Shown here: positions 1 to 8,125 of the stretch, in pieces
Layout of the letters: every line of letters begins with the position of its first letter
Position numbering within the stretch: position 1 is the first letter of the stretch
NCBI GenBank assembly: GCA_963707915.1
Contig: OY970178.1
Coordinates: 448,001-512,000 of the forward strand
Direction of reading: 5' to 3'
DNA from: Candidatus Eiseniibacteriota bacterium
Lineage (GTDB): Bacteria; Eisenbacteria; RBG-16-71-46
Length of the DNA stretch: 64,000 bases
The notes under the pieces: generated by a model
Databases searched by the model: none
What the model saw: the letters and a program-made list of their open reading frames with translations, nothing else
What the model was told of the DNA's origin: nothing
Position numbers and translations under genes: made by a program

Positions 1-392
1 GTTCGTCGATGAACCGCACCATCACTTCGCTCGGCGGTCGAGCTCCGCCTGGGCGAAATACGCCGCCGCCTTCTTCAGGATCTCGTTGGCGCGCCGCAGC
101 TCGAAGTTCTCGCGTTCGAGCTGCTTCAGACGGGCGCGCTCGTCGGTCATCAATCCGGGTCGAGTACCCGCGTCCCGCTCCGCCCGCCGCACCCAGCTGC
201 GCAGCGTCTCAGCCGCACAGCCGATCTTCTCCGCGATCGAGGTGATCGCCGCCCACTGTGTCGCGTACTGCTCGCGGTGCTCGAGCACCATCCGGACCGC
301 CCGCTCGCGCACCTCCGGGGAAAACCGGCTCGCTCTCGCCATGACTCCATCCTCTCAGGCAATGGAGCCTCCGGGAAACCCGGCGCGGTTCA
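1..392 (-). mobile_element. IS3-family insertion sequence (IS51-like group), left end and orfA; continues beyond the window start
   Basis: Minus-strand end TGAACCGCGCCGGGTTTCCCGGAGGC starts at 392 (5'-TG, typical of IS3). It is followed by orfA and an overlapping TGATG into orfB (MVRFIDE...) at 22. Confidence 0.9.
22..342 (-). CDS. IS3-family transposase OrfA (HTH)
   Basis: [19 protein letters not shown]...[17 protein letters not shown]...[29 protein letters not shown] is a classic IS3 OrfA (HTH plus leucine zipper). Confidence 0.93.
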   Translation of the reverse strand: MARASRFSPEVRERAVRMVLEHREQYATQWAAITSIAEKIGCAAETLRSWVRRAERDAGTRPGLMTDERARLKQLERENFELRRANEILKKAAAYFAQAELDRRAK

Positions 393-2278
393 CTAGCGTG
401 AACGTGCCAATCTGCACCGCCGATAGCGCGCAGTAATCCGCCACCATCGTCTCAGATGGAGCGGGTGGGGCCATCGTCGCCTGGGAGGACTGGCGCAACG
501 GCAACTGGGACATCTACGCTCAGCGCATCTCGGCCACCGGCACACCACTGTGGTCGGCCAACGGCGTAGCGATCAGCACCGCCACCAACTATCAGACGCG
601 CCCCGCCATCGCCTCGGACGGCGCAGGCGGGGCCATCATCGTCTGGACAGACTACCGTAACGGCATCGACAACACCGACATATACGCCCAGCGGATCTCA
701 GCCGATGGCATGGTCCAGTGGACGGCCAACGGCGTGGCCCTCTGCACCACCAGCAGTTACAACTATTCCGGCCTGATTGCCCCGACCATCACTTCGGACG
801 GCGCGGGCGGCGCCATCGTCGCCTGGGGCGACTACCGAAACCGCGGCGCGGACTTCTACGCCCAGCGGATCTCGGCCGCCGGCGAGGTTCAGTGGACGGC
901 CAACGGCGTATCGATCAGCACCGACACCAATGGGCAGGGAGTCGCCATCGCCTCGGACGGCGCAGGCGGGGCCATCATCGCCTGGGGCGCCAACCCCCTA
1001 GACATAGATGGGGACCGCGCTTTCGCCCAGCGGGTCTCGGCCACGGGCGCGGTCCTGTGGGCTGTCGGTGGCGTGCTGCTATCCACCGATATGTGGGGCC
1101 GGAAGCTCCCCACCATCGTTTCGGACGGTGCCGGCGGGGCCATCGTCAGTTGGTGTGACGAAGACGCCTGCGCCCAGCGGATCTCGGCCACCGGTACGCT
1201 CCTATGGACGACCGCCGGCGTGAGACTCGGCCGCAGTTCTTATATTAATGGTCATAGTCCACGTATCGCCTCGGACGGCACGGGCGGGGCCATCGTCACC
1301 TGGTACGACCGCCGCGATGGAGTGCCCCCTGTCATCTATGCCCAGCGGATCTCAGCCGATGGCACGGTCCAGTGGACGGCCAACGGCGTGGCCCTCTGCA
1401 CGCCCACCTACCGGGACCAGCGCTGCCCCACCATCGTCTCAGATGGAGCGGGTGGGGCCATCGTCGCCTGGAGGGACAACCGCGAACTCAGCATCTACTT
1501 CGACATCTACGCCCAACGCATCTCTGCTGAAGGCACGGTCCAGTGGGGGGGCGACGGGGTGGCCCTCACCGCTCCCGGCAATCAGGGATACATTTATCAA
1601 TACCCCCCCATCACCTCGGACGGCGCAGGCGGGGCCATCGTCGCCTGGGGCGACTGCCGAAACGGCAACTGGGACATCTACGCTCAGAACGTGAAGGCGA
1701 ACGGCCAACTCGGCGGCGACGTTCCCACCCCCGTGCTGCTCTCGTTCGTCAGCGTCGAGACGGACGCGGACGGCATCCAGCTCACGTGGTTGGCGGGCGG
1801 GAGCATGAGCGCCGTGGCTACCGTCTACCGGTCCGCCGTGGGCGGCGAGTGGACGCGGGTCGCGGAAATCACGGCGGATGGCACGGGCTACCTCCGCTAC
1901 ACGGACCCCATCGACGCCACTGCCACCCGCGTGGGCTACCGGCTCGGCATCGTCGAGGCGGGCGTCGAGGGCTTCTACGGCGAGACCTGGGTGGACCTGC
2001 CGACGGGCGAAGCCTCACTCGCGTTCGCTCTCGACCCCGTGCGCCCGAATCCCTCACGCGGCGGCACGCTGACGGTCCGCTTCTCGCTGCCGACCAACGC
2101 ACCTGCGCGGCTCGACCTTCTCGACGTCGCCGGTCGCCGCATCGCCTCGCATGATGTCGGCATGGGCCAGCACACGCTCGACCTGGGAGCGGGCCAGCAC
2201 CTCGCACCCGGGCTGTACCTGGTGCGCCTGACGCAGGGCGCTAACACGCGCACGACGCGGGTGGCGGTGATCAGATAG
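393..2278 (+). pseudogene. Secreted repeat (beta-propeller-like) protein with T9SS-type C-terminal domain; 5' end interrupted by IS3 and by an in-frame TAA at 434-436
   Basis: The frame of ORF 710..2278 reads back to the IS end (SVNVPICTADSAQ*SATIVSDGAGGAIVAW...). It contains about 8 repeats of IxSDGAGGAIVxW..D.YAQRIS..G...W...GV. The C-terminus PNPSRGG...RLDLLDVAGRRI...LAPGLYLVRLTQG...RVAVIR resembles a T9SS type A CTD. Confidence 0.8.
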
Positions 2279-2347
2279 TGTGAGGGCCGCAGGATCAGCG
2301 AGAACCGCAGCATCTTACAGCGACAATCACCCCTTCGGAGGCCGCCC

Positions 2348-3221
2348 ATGCACAAGCGTTTCTTCGTTGCGCTCCTCGCCATCCTCCTCGCAGCCGCGTT
2401 GCTCCCCGCCACGGCCAGCGCACAGACACCTCCACCGTACCTCACCCAGTGGGGCACGCAAGGCAGCGGGAACGGGCAGTTCAACGGCCCAGTCGGCGTG
2501 GTGGTGGATGGCAATGGCAGCGTCTACGTGGCGGACCATGGCAACGACCGCATCCAGAAGTTCACCGGCACCGGCACGTACCTCACCCGGTGGGGCACGA
2601 GCGGCACCGGGGACGGGCAGTTCATCGGCCCGAATGGCGTGGCGGTTGACGGCACCGGCAATGTCTACGTGTCGGACTCCGGCAACAAACGCATCCAGAA
2701 GTTCACCAGCGACGGCACGTATCTCACCCAGTGGGGCACGAGCGGCACCGGGGACGGGCAGTTCTTCCGCCCGCAGGGCGTGGCAGTGGATGGCAACGGC
2801 AACGTCTACGTGGCGGACGCCCTCAACTTCAACGACCGCATCCAGAAGTTCACCAGCGACGGCACCTACCTGACGCAGTGGGGCACGACCGGTAGCGGGG
2901 ACGGGCAGTTCAACAACCCATCGAACGTGGCCGTGGATGGCAACGGCAACGTCTACGTGTCGGAATGGGGCAACCACCGCATCCAGAAGTTCACCAGCGA
3001 CAGTACGTACCTCGCCCAGTGGGGCTGGTTCAGCGCCCCGTCTGGCGTGGCGGTTGACGGCAGTGGCAATGTCTACGTGACGGAGTACCAGAACCACCGC
3101 ATCCAGAAGTTCACCAGCACGGGCACCTACCTCACCCGGTGGGGCACGAGCGGCACCGGGGACGGGCAGTTCATCGGCCCGTATGGCGTGGCGGTTGACG
3201 GCAGTGGCAATGTCTACGTGG
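2348..3221 (+). pseudogene. Secreted NHL-repeat beta-propeller protein, 3' end cut by an IS3 element
   Basis: Signal peptide MHKRFFVALLAILLAAALLPATASAQ and six GVAVDGxGNVYV..N.RIQKF NHL repeats. The reading frame runs into the IS left end at 3222; an orphan C-terminal tail lies at 4508-4548. Confidence 0.85.
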
Positions 3222-3308
3222 TGATCCGCTCCCCGTTTCCTGGAGCAGCGGGACTGTCGCAATGAGCTAACCTCGGGGCCTCCTGAACCGCAAGGAGGAG
3301 GACCCAGG

Positions 3309-3575
3309 ATGAAGACCAGCAAGTTCACGGTCGAGCAGATTGCCCAGGCCCTGAAGCGGGTCGAGGGCGGGGTGGTGGTCGGGGAGGTCTGCCGGGAGCT
3401 GGGCATCACCGAGACCACGTTCTACCGCTGGAAGAAGAAGTTCGGTGGGATCTCCTCACCGGAGCTGCGGGAGCTGCGGCAGCTGCGGGACGAGAACCGA
3501 CGCCTCAAGGCCGTCGTCGCGGACCTGACGCTGGACCGGACGATGCTGCAGGAGGCGCTCCGAAAAAAGTGGTAA
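3309..3575 (+). CDS. IS3-family transposase OrfA
   Basis: MKTSKFTVEQIAQAL...VCRELGITETTFYRWKKKFGG...LRDENRRLK...KKW; SD GGAGG upstream. Confidence 0.93.
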   Translation: MKTSKFTVEQIAQALKRVEGGVVVGEVCRELGITETTFYRWKKKFGGISSPELRELRQLRDENRRLKAVVADLTLDRTMLQEALRKKW

Positions 3576-4450
3576 GGCCGGTCGAGCGCCGCGCCGTGAC
3601 CCGCTGGATGCAGGAGGCCTACCGCGTGAGCTTGCGCAAGGCCTGCCGCGCCTCGGGAACGGCAATGTCCTCGATGCTGTACCGCCCGGTCCGGCCGGAT
3701 CAGACCCCGCTGCGCCAGAGGATCAAGGAGATCGCGACGACCCGGGTGAGCTACGGGTATCGCCGCGTGCAGGTGTTGCTGCGTCGGGAAGGCTGGAAGG
3801 TGAACGCCAAGCGGACGTACCGGCTATATCGGGAAGAAGGGCTCTGTCTGCGGTCGAAACGGCCCAAGCGGCGCCGCAGTGCGGTGCGCCGGCAAGAGAC
3901 ACTCACGGCCACCGGGACCAACCAGCTCTGGGCGATGGACTTCGTGAGCGATGCGCTGGCGGATGGCCGGAAGCTGCGGGTGCTGACGGTGCTCGACACG
4001 TTCACCCGCGAGTGCGTGGCCCTCGAGGTCAGCGGCTCATTCGGCGGCGCCGAGGTCGCCCGGGTGCTGACGCGCGAAGGTGTACGGCGCGGGTTGCCGG
4101 CGGTGATTCACGTGGACAACGGGACGGAGTTCACCTCGAAGGCGTTCGACCACTGGGCCTACGTCAATCACGTGCGGCTGGACTTCAGCCGTCCGGGCAA
4201 GCCGACCGACAACCCCTTCATCGAGAGCTTCAACGCCCAGCTGAGGCGTGAGTGCTTATCGCAACACTACTTTCTGTCTGTCATCGACGCCCGGGTGTCG
4301 CTCGACGCCTGGCGGGAGGAGTACAACAACCGACGGCCCCACGGGAGCTTGGGGCAGCGGACCCCGGCGGAGTATCGTGCCGAGGTCGAAGGAGCCGAGG
4401 CGCCCGAGGAACTCGCTTCGAGCGTGCCCGGCTGCTCCAGTGGCGGGTAG
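3569..4450 (+). CDS. IS3-family transposase OrfB (DDE integrase core), probably expressed as OrfAB by -1 frameshift
   Basis: YGYRRV, WAMDFV, VDNGTEF, PGKPTDNPFIESFN, YNNRRPHGSLG motifs. Confidence 0.93.
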   Translation: MVRPVERRAVTRWMQEAYRVSLRKACRASGTAMSSMLYRPVRPDQTPLRQRIKEIATTRVSYGYRRVQVLLRREGWKVNAKRTYRLYREEGLCLRSKRPKRRRSAVRRQETLTATGTNQLWAMDFVSDALADGRKLRVLTVLDTFTRECVALEVSGSFGGAEVARVLTREGVRRGLPAVIHVDNGTEFTSKAFDHWAYVNHVRLDFSRPGKPTDNPFIESFNAQLRRECLSQHYFLSVIDARVSLDAWREEYNNRRPHGSLGQRTPAEYRAEVEGAEAPEELASSVPGCSSGG

Positions 4451-4507
4451 CGGATCAGGAACTCGCTTTGAGCGTGCCCGGCTGCTCCAGTGGCGGGTAG
4501 CGGATCA
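4408..4507 (+). repeat. 50-bp tandem duplication of the IS right end (two IRR copies)
   Basis: GGAACTCGCTT(C/T)GAGCGTGCCCGGCTGCTCCAGTGGCGGGTAGCGGATCA at 4408-4457 and 4458-4507, one mismatch. Confidence 0.95.
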
Positions 4508-4548
4508 AGAGCACGAGCTGGGGCCGCATCAAGGCGCTGTACCGGTAG
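4508..4548 (+). pseudogene. Orphan 3' gene fragment encoding (K)STSWGRIKALYR*
   Basis: Directly follows the second IRR and matches the C-terminal tail of the intact gene 5320..5934. Confidence 0.8.
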
Positions 4549-4586
4549 CAGCGGTTGCACTGTGTGGAGGCCCCTAAGGAGACGCG

Positions 4587-5186
4587 ATGCCGAGGCTCAT
4601 CATGCAATTCGAACTTGACAGGTGCCCGCACTGCGCAGTCCACAGACCGAGGCTTGCCCGTGTATGGGCTACTACCACCACCGAACACTCGGGGGACCAT
4701 AGGCGCACGTGGGCTGTCTACTGCTGCGCGACCTGCGGCTCTCTCGTGACGGCGTGGGCGTACGGGGAGACGGGTGACGTAATCGATTGGTACCCCAAGC
4801 GTGCCGCAATTGAAGAGTCGGTGCCGAAGGAAGTAGCGCATTACCTCCAGCAGGCTCTGGATACGCTTCACTCACCGGATGGATCCATCATGCTCGCTGC
4901 TTCGGCGGTCGATGCCATGCTCAGGTTAAAGGGGTTGGTGGATGGTTCCCTCAACAGCCGAATCGACAAGGCTGCTAAGGACCATCTCATCACCGAGGAC
5001 ATGGCGCTCTGGGCTCACGACGTGCGGCTCGACGCGAATGCGACGCGGCACGTGGACCCACAGGCCTCTCCCCCCACTTTCGATGACGCCAAGCGAGTCG
5101 CGAACTTCGCCCAGACGCTCGCCGACCTTCTGTTCGTGCTCCCGGAGCGCGTGACACGGGGCCGCAAGTCTCCCTCGGATTCATAG
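4587..5186 (+). CDS. DUF4145-like (HEPN superfamily) protein with N-terminal CxxC/CxxC zinc ribbon
   Basis: CPHC and CATC pairs; C-terminal L..RID.......I......AHDVRLDANATRH resembles the DUF4145 R-x-x-x-N-x-x-x-H signature; SD AAGGAG. Confidence 0.7.
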   Translation: MPRLIMQFELDRCPHCAVHRPRLARVWATTTTEHSGDHRRTWAVYCCATCGSLVTAWAYGETGDVIDWYPKRAAIEESVPKEVAHYLQQALDTLHSPDGSIMLAASAVDAMLRLKGLVDGSLNSRIDKAAKDHLITEDMALWAHDVRLDANATRHVDPQASPPTFDDAKRVANFAQTLADLLFVLPERVTRGRKSPSDS

Positions 5187-5215
5187 GCCGCTCCCCGCGA
5201 TTAGAGTTCTTGGCG

Positions 5216-5244
5216 TAGACGCCCTCCCCTGCCCGGCGTATCCT
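5216..5244 (+). promoter_or_regulatory. Candidate sigma70-type promoter for 5320..5934
   Basis: TAGACG-N17-TATCCT in the intergenic region. Confidence 0.4.
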
Positions 5245-5319
5245 TACTGCTGGCGGGAGTCGCTTGCCCCTGCGACCGGACCGCGCCCGCCCGGTCGGTT
5301 TCATCCTCGGAGGCCGCCA

Positions 5320-5934
5320 ATGCGTGCCGCTCGCTCTCTAGCTTGCGCTTTACCTCTCGCCTTCGCTCTGCTTCTTGCCGCAGGCGTCCACGGCGAGCCT
5401 CTTCAGGTCGGTCCGGGCTACTTCGGCCCCACCTCCCACCTAGTCAACTTCGACACTAGCCCGGGAGGAACGCAGATTCCCAACCACGCCGTCCTCGGAA
5501 GTATCTACGCCGAGTGGGGCGTCACCTTCGGGGCCAACGACGGGGTCACCAACTGGCCAAACATCGGGACGTCGCTGCCCAACATGGCGTGGGGAAGTTC
5601 TGACGGACTCGAACCGATTGACTGCCTCTTCCCTTCCGGGGTCTACGCGGTCGGTGCCTATGGCTTCGACTTCGCCTTGGAGGCCTTTGACTCGGAAGGC
5701 GGACTCATCTACCGCGTAGCCTACACAGACGGCACAGCGGGTCTCTACAGTCCCAATGAAATCGGGTTCCTAGGTATCGCCAGTGACGTCCCGATTCACC
5801 ACGCGCGCTTCTCGCGGTACTGGTCCGCCCAGTGGGCATTCGGCTTTGAAATTGACGACCTGCGTTTCACCACGGAGCAGCCGGTGCCCACGCGGTCCAC
5901 GACTTGGGGCCGCATCAAGTCCCTGTACCGCTAA
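5320..5934 (+). CDS. Secreted hypothetical protein with C-terminal PVPTRSTTWGRIKSLYR tail
   Basis: Signal peptide MRAARSLACALPLAFALLLAAGVHG; beta-rich body (VNFD...IDDLRF) reminiscent of PEP-CTERM passenger domains; SD GGAGG. Confidence 0.8.
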   Translation: MRAARSLACALPLAFALLLAAGVHGEPLQVGPGYFGPTSHLVNFDTSPGGTQIPNHAVLGSIYAEWGVTFGANDGVTNWPNIGTSLPNMAWGSSDGLEPIDCLFPSGVYAVGAYGFDFALEAFDSEGGLIYRVAYTDGTAGLYSPNEIGFLGIASDVPIHHARFSRYWSAQWAFGFEIDDLRFTTEQPVPTRSTTWGRIKSLYR

Positions 5935-5945
5935 CGGAGACCGTC

Positions 5946-6359
5946 ATGCACAAGGCAAGAGCGTTCTTCTTCGTCTGCGCGGGAATCTTCCTGCTTGCCA
6001 TCACCTACCACCTTGGAGCGCGGAGTGCGGGGGCGCAGGCGGGTGCCGCCACTGCGAGTGAGGTGGCCGTCGTTTCTGGAACCGCTCATGACATGGACGT
6101 TCTTCCGCTTCCCACATACTCCGATGGCACGGTAGCCAGTGAGAGCGAGTGTCGCTGGATAGTGAGCCTGTACAGCGTGACGTATTATGCTCACTGGGGC
6201 CAGTCGCTCTGTTATACAACAGGGCTCACGGTGCATATTCAGAGTTCTAACGGAGACAACACCGTAAGCTATCTGATCATCGCCACCCGGGGGGCGGCTC
6301 CGCCGACTCCCGCGCAGAGTGTCTCCATCGGCCGACTGAAGGCGAAGTACGCGAAGTGA
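5946..6359 (+). CDS. Small secreted hypothetical protein with variant tail PTPAQSVSIGRLKAKYAK
   Basis: ATG at 5946 preceded by GGAGA; signal-like N-terminus MHKARAFFFVCAGIFLLAITYHLGARSAGAQ. Confidence 0.75.
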   Translation: MHKARAFFFVCAGIFLLAITYHLGARSAGAQAGAATASEVAVVSGTAHDMDVLPLPTYSDGTVASESECRWIVSLYSVTYYAHWGQSLCYTTGLTVHIQSSNGDNTVSYLIIATRGAAPPTPAQSVSIGRLKAKYAK

Positions 6360-6430
6360 ACGGCGGCTCAAGCCTCGGCGAGTGACCGCGCACCTTGGGT
6401 CATGCAACAAGGACGTGCAAGGAGGAAGAT

Positions 6431-6925
6431 GTGAGCGAAGCGACTTCCGTCACCAGGAGTAGTCCGCAGCCGCCTAGTCTCGAACACCAACTTGAACTTA
6501 TCGTGTCCTCGCGAGTAGGTGTGGACCAGGTAACATGGACCATCTTCAGCATCTTCTGGGCAGCACAGATTCTTCTCATTGGCGTGTTGTTTCAGGGGTC
6601 CGGCTTTCCGCCCAATCCTATGCTTGGGCTCATCGCTTCCGTTCTGGGTATCTTTATGTCGGTGGCTTGGGCTGTCGCACAGAGTCGAGCCTTGTTGCAC
6701 CTTGAGCGATTAGAACATCTCATGGAGTCGGTTGAGAGTGAGCTGCAGCAGACGGGGCATCTTCGCTTTGAGCATCGCATACTCAAGAATCCGACATTTC
6801 CTGGCGTGAAGGCGAGAACCGTGATGCGCATGTGCGCCTGGGGTGCCGCATGTGTCTGGCTAGTGAGCGCTGTGGCGTTCTTGATCTGCGTAATGTGCCC
6901 CGGCGGGTGCTGCCAGCCCCAGTAG
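6431..6925 (+). CDS. Hypothetical membrane protein (three hydrophobic segments)
   Basis: GTG start after SD AAGGAGG; hydrophobic stretches TIFSIFWAAQILLIGVLF, LGLIASVLGIFMSVAWAVA and AWGAACVWLVSAVAFLI; AT-richer codon use than the core genome. Confidence 0.7.
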   Translation: MSEATSVTRSSPQPPSLEHQLELIVSSRVGVDQVTWTIFSIFWAAQILLIGVLFQGSGFPPNPMLGLIASVLGIFMSVAWAVAQSRALLHLERLEHLMESVESELQQTGHLRFEHRILKNPTFPGVKARTVMRMCAWGAACVWLVSAVAFLICVMCPGGCCQPQ

Positions 6926-7090
6926 GGGGGCCGCACGGCACCTAGAGGGCCGGGACGCGGGTGGGCGGTGCGGTGTGCTTGGGACCTGAGAGGACGCTGA
7001 GACCGGGACTCGAACGGCGAAGGAAGGACAGCGGCATCAGAGACCGCTGCCCGAACGCGGGGCACACATATGGAAGGTAGGGAGAGAGCG

Positions 7091-7801
7091 ATGATTCCGG
7101 ACTGGTTGTTGACTCTCATCTTGGCCGCATTCAGCCTGATTGCGGGAGGTGTGGGGTTCTATTTCTGGAGGGAGGGGGGGAAGACTGCCGGTCTCTGGAT
7201 CTGGTTCGCGGCGGGGGTCTTGCTTCTGCTTTGGGTGACCCTCCAGATTCAGAAGGGCATTCTCACTGGACGGAATCTCGCTGACACGGCCGTATTCCAC
7301 GGACGACTCGTCCCCGCGAACGAGGAGACGCCCAACGTGCCGGTAGATGCCTGGGTGCTCATGCTCGGGGACAGCTTGCAGGTGCGGACGAGAACCGCGA
7401 GCAACCTACGAGTGTTTACTAAGAATGGCCGCCCATTCTTGAAGCTACGAGTCGTCGATGGCCAACTCCTGGTGTCGGCGTCGGTGATTGACAGCAAGGG
7501 TGACCGCATCGTCCAGATTGTCGACAACGAATTTCAGGCCAGCCAAGAGCGTGCATTCAACCCAAAACAGCCGGATCCAAGTACTCTGGTTGTGCGCGAT
7601 TGCGACGGCGTCGAAGTGCTCAACATTCGTTACGTGAACCCTCGTGTGATTCGAATCGTGGGTCGTTTCTGCCTCCCAGGATACGACGCGCCTGTTGAGA
7701 TTCTCGCGGCCGACGGGATACGTTGGCCTGGGGGAGGAGGCTTGAGTAGCATGACTCTGGAAATGGCGGGCGGAGGGAAGGGTAGCGTGATTGCGTTCTG
7801 A
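7091..7801 (+). CDS. Hypothetical protein with two N-terminal TM helices and a beta-rich soluble domain
   Basis: ORF 7070..7801; ATG at 7091 after GGGAGAG; two hydrophobic segments at the N-terminus. Confidence 0.65.
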   Translation: MIPDWLLTLILAAFSLIAGGVGFYFWREGGKTAGLWIWFAAGVLLLLWVTLQIQKGILTGRNLADTAVFHGRLVPANEETPNVPVDAWVLMLGDSLQVRTRTASNLRVFTKNGRPFLKLRVVDGQLLVSASVIDSKGDRIVQIVDNEFQASQERAFNPKQPDPSTLVVRDCDGVEVLNIRYVNPRVIRIVGRFCLPGYDAPVEILAADGIRWPGGGGLSSMTLEMAGGGKGSVIAF

Positions 7802-7958
7802 GTCGTCGCTTTTGGCTAGAACAGGAATATCTCAAGGTCACGGGGCCGGAGCCAGCATGACGGGCAGTGGTCCGTTGTTGTGCAGCGCAGGTTTGCGCGG
7901 CTGAGTCGCGAGTCGGCGAAGCGGTGTGGCGGAGAGACTCACGAAAGCAGGGGGGGCC

Positions 7959-8052
7959 GTGGCTGGTAGACGAGCAAGGTGGCGGTGGTCGGCGGCGCTG
8001 CTGGTGGTCGCCGTCGTGGGCGGCACGGTCGGGTGCGCATCCCAGGAGGATC
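7959..8052 (+). pseudogene. 5' fragment of a lipoprotein gene truncated by IS3
   Basis: GTG at 7959 after a G-rich SD translates as MAGRRARWRWSAALLVVAVVGGTVG-C-ASQED, i.e. basic n-region, hydrophobic h-region and lipobox-like Cys, and then meets the IS end at 8053. Confidence 0.6.
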
Positions 8053-8125
8053 TGACGTAGCCCCCGGAAGCTGACACAGAACGAGTAGCCAGTCCTCTGC
8101 TAGCCTGAACGGCACGGAGGATCTC

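Larger units (their letters stand above)
3222..4457 (+). mobile_element. IS3-family insertion sequence (IS407-like group)
   Basis: IRL TGATCCGCTCCCCGTTTCCTGGAGCAGC at 3222 matches IRR GCTGCTCCAGTGGCGGGTAGCGGATCA ending at 4457. orfA/orfB overlap with an A6G slippery site at 3563-3569. Confidence 0.93.

Noticed and set aside
434..436. Stop-codon recoding or readthrough
   Set aside because: A single TAA in a gene already broken by an IS; TAA is used as a normal stop elsewhere (3573-3575, 5932-5934).
393..3221. Diversity-generating retroelement TR/VR pair
   Set aside because: Repeats are intragenic coding units, differences are not adenine-specific and include indels, and there is no reverse transcriptase in the window.
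4408..4507. CRISPR-like repeat
   Set aside because: Only two abutting copies with no spacer; the sequence is the IS right end; no cas genes.
2279..8052. Integron cassette array (short co-oriented unrelated genes near an integrase)
   Set aside because: No repeated attC-like RYYYAAC...GTTRRRY palindromes in the spacers, and the integrase is tRNA-associated with no visible IntI-specific insertion.
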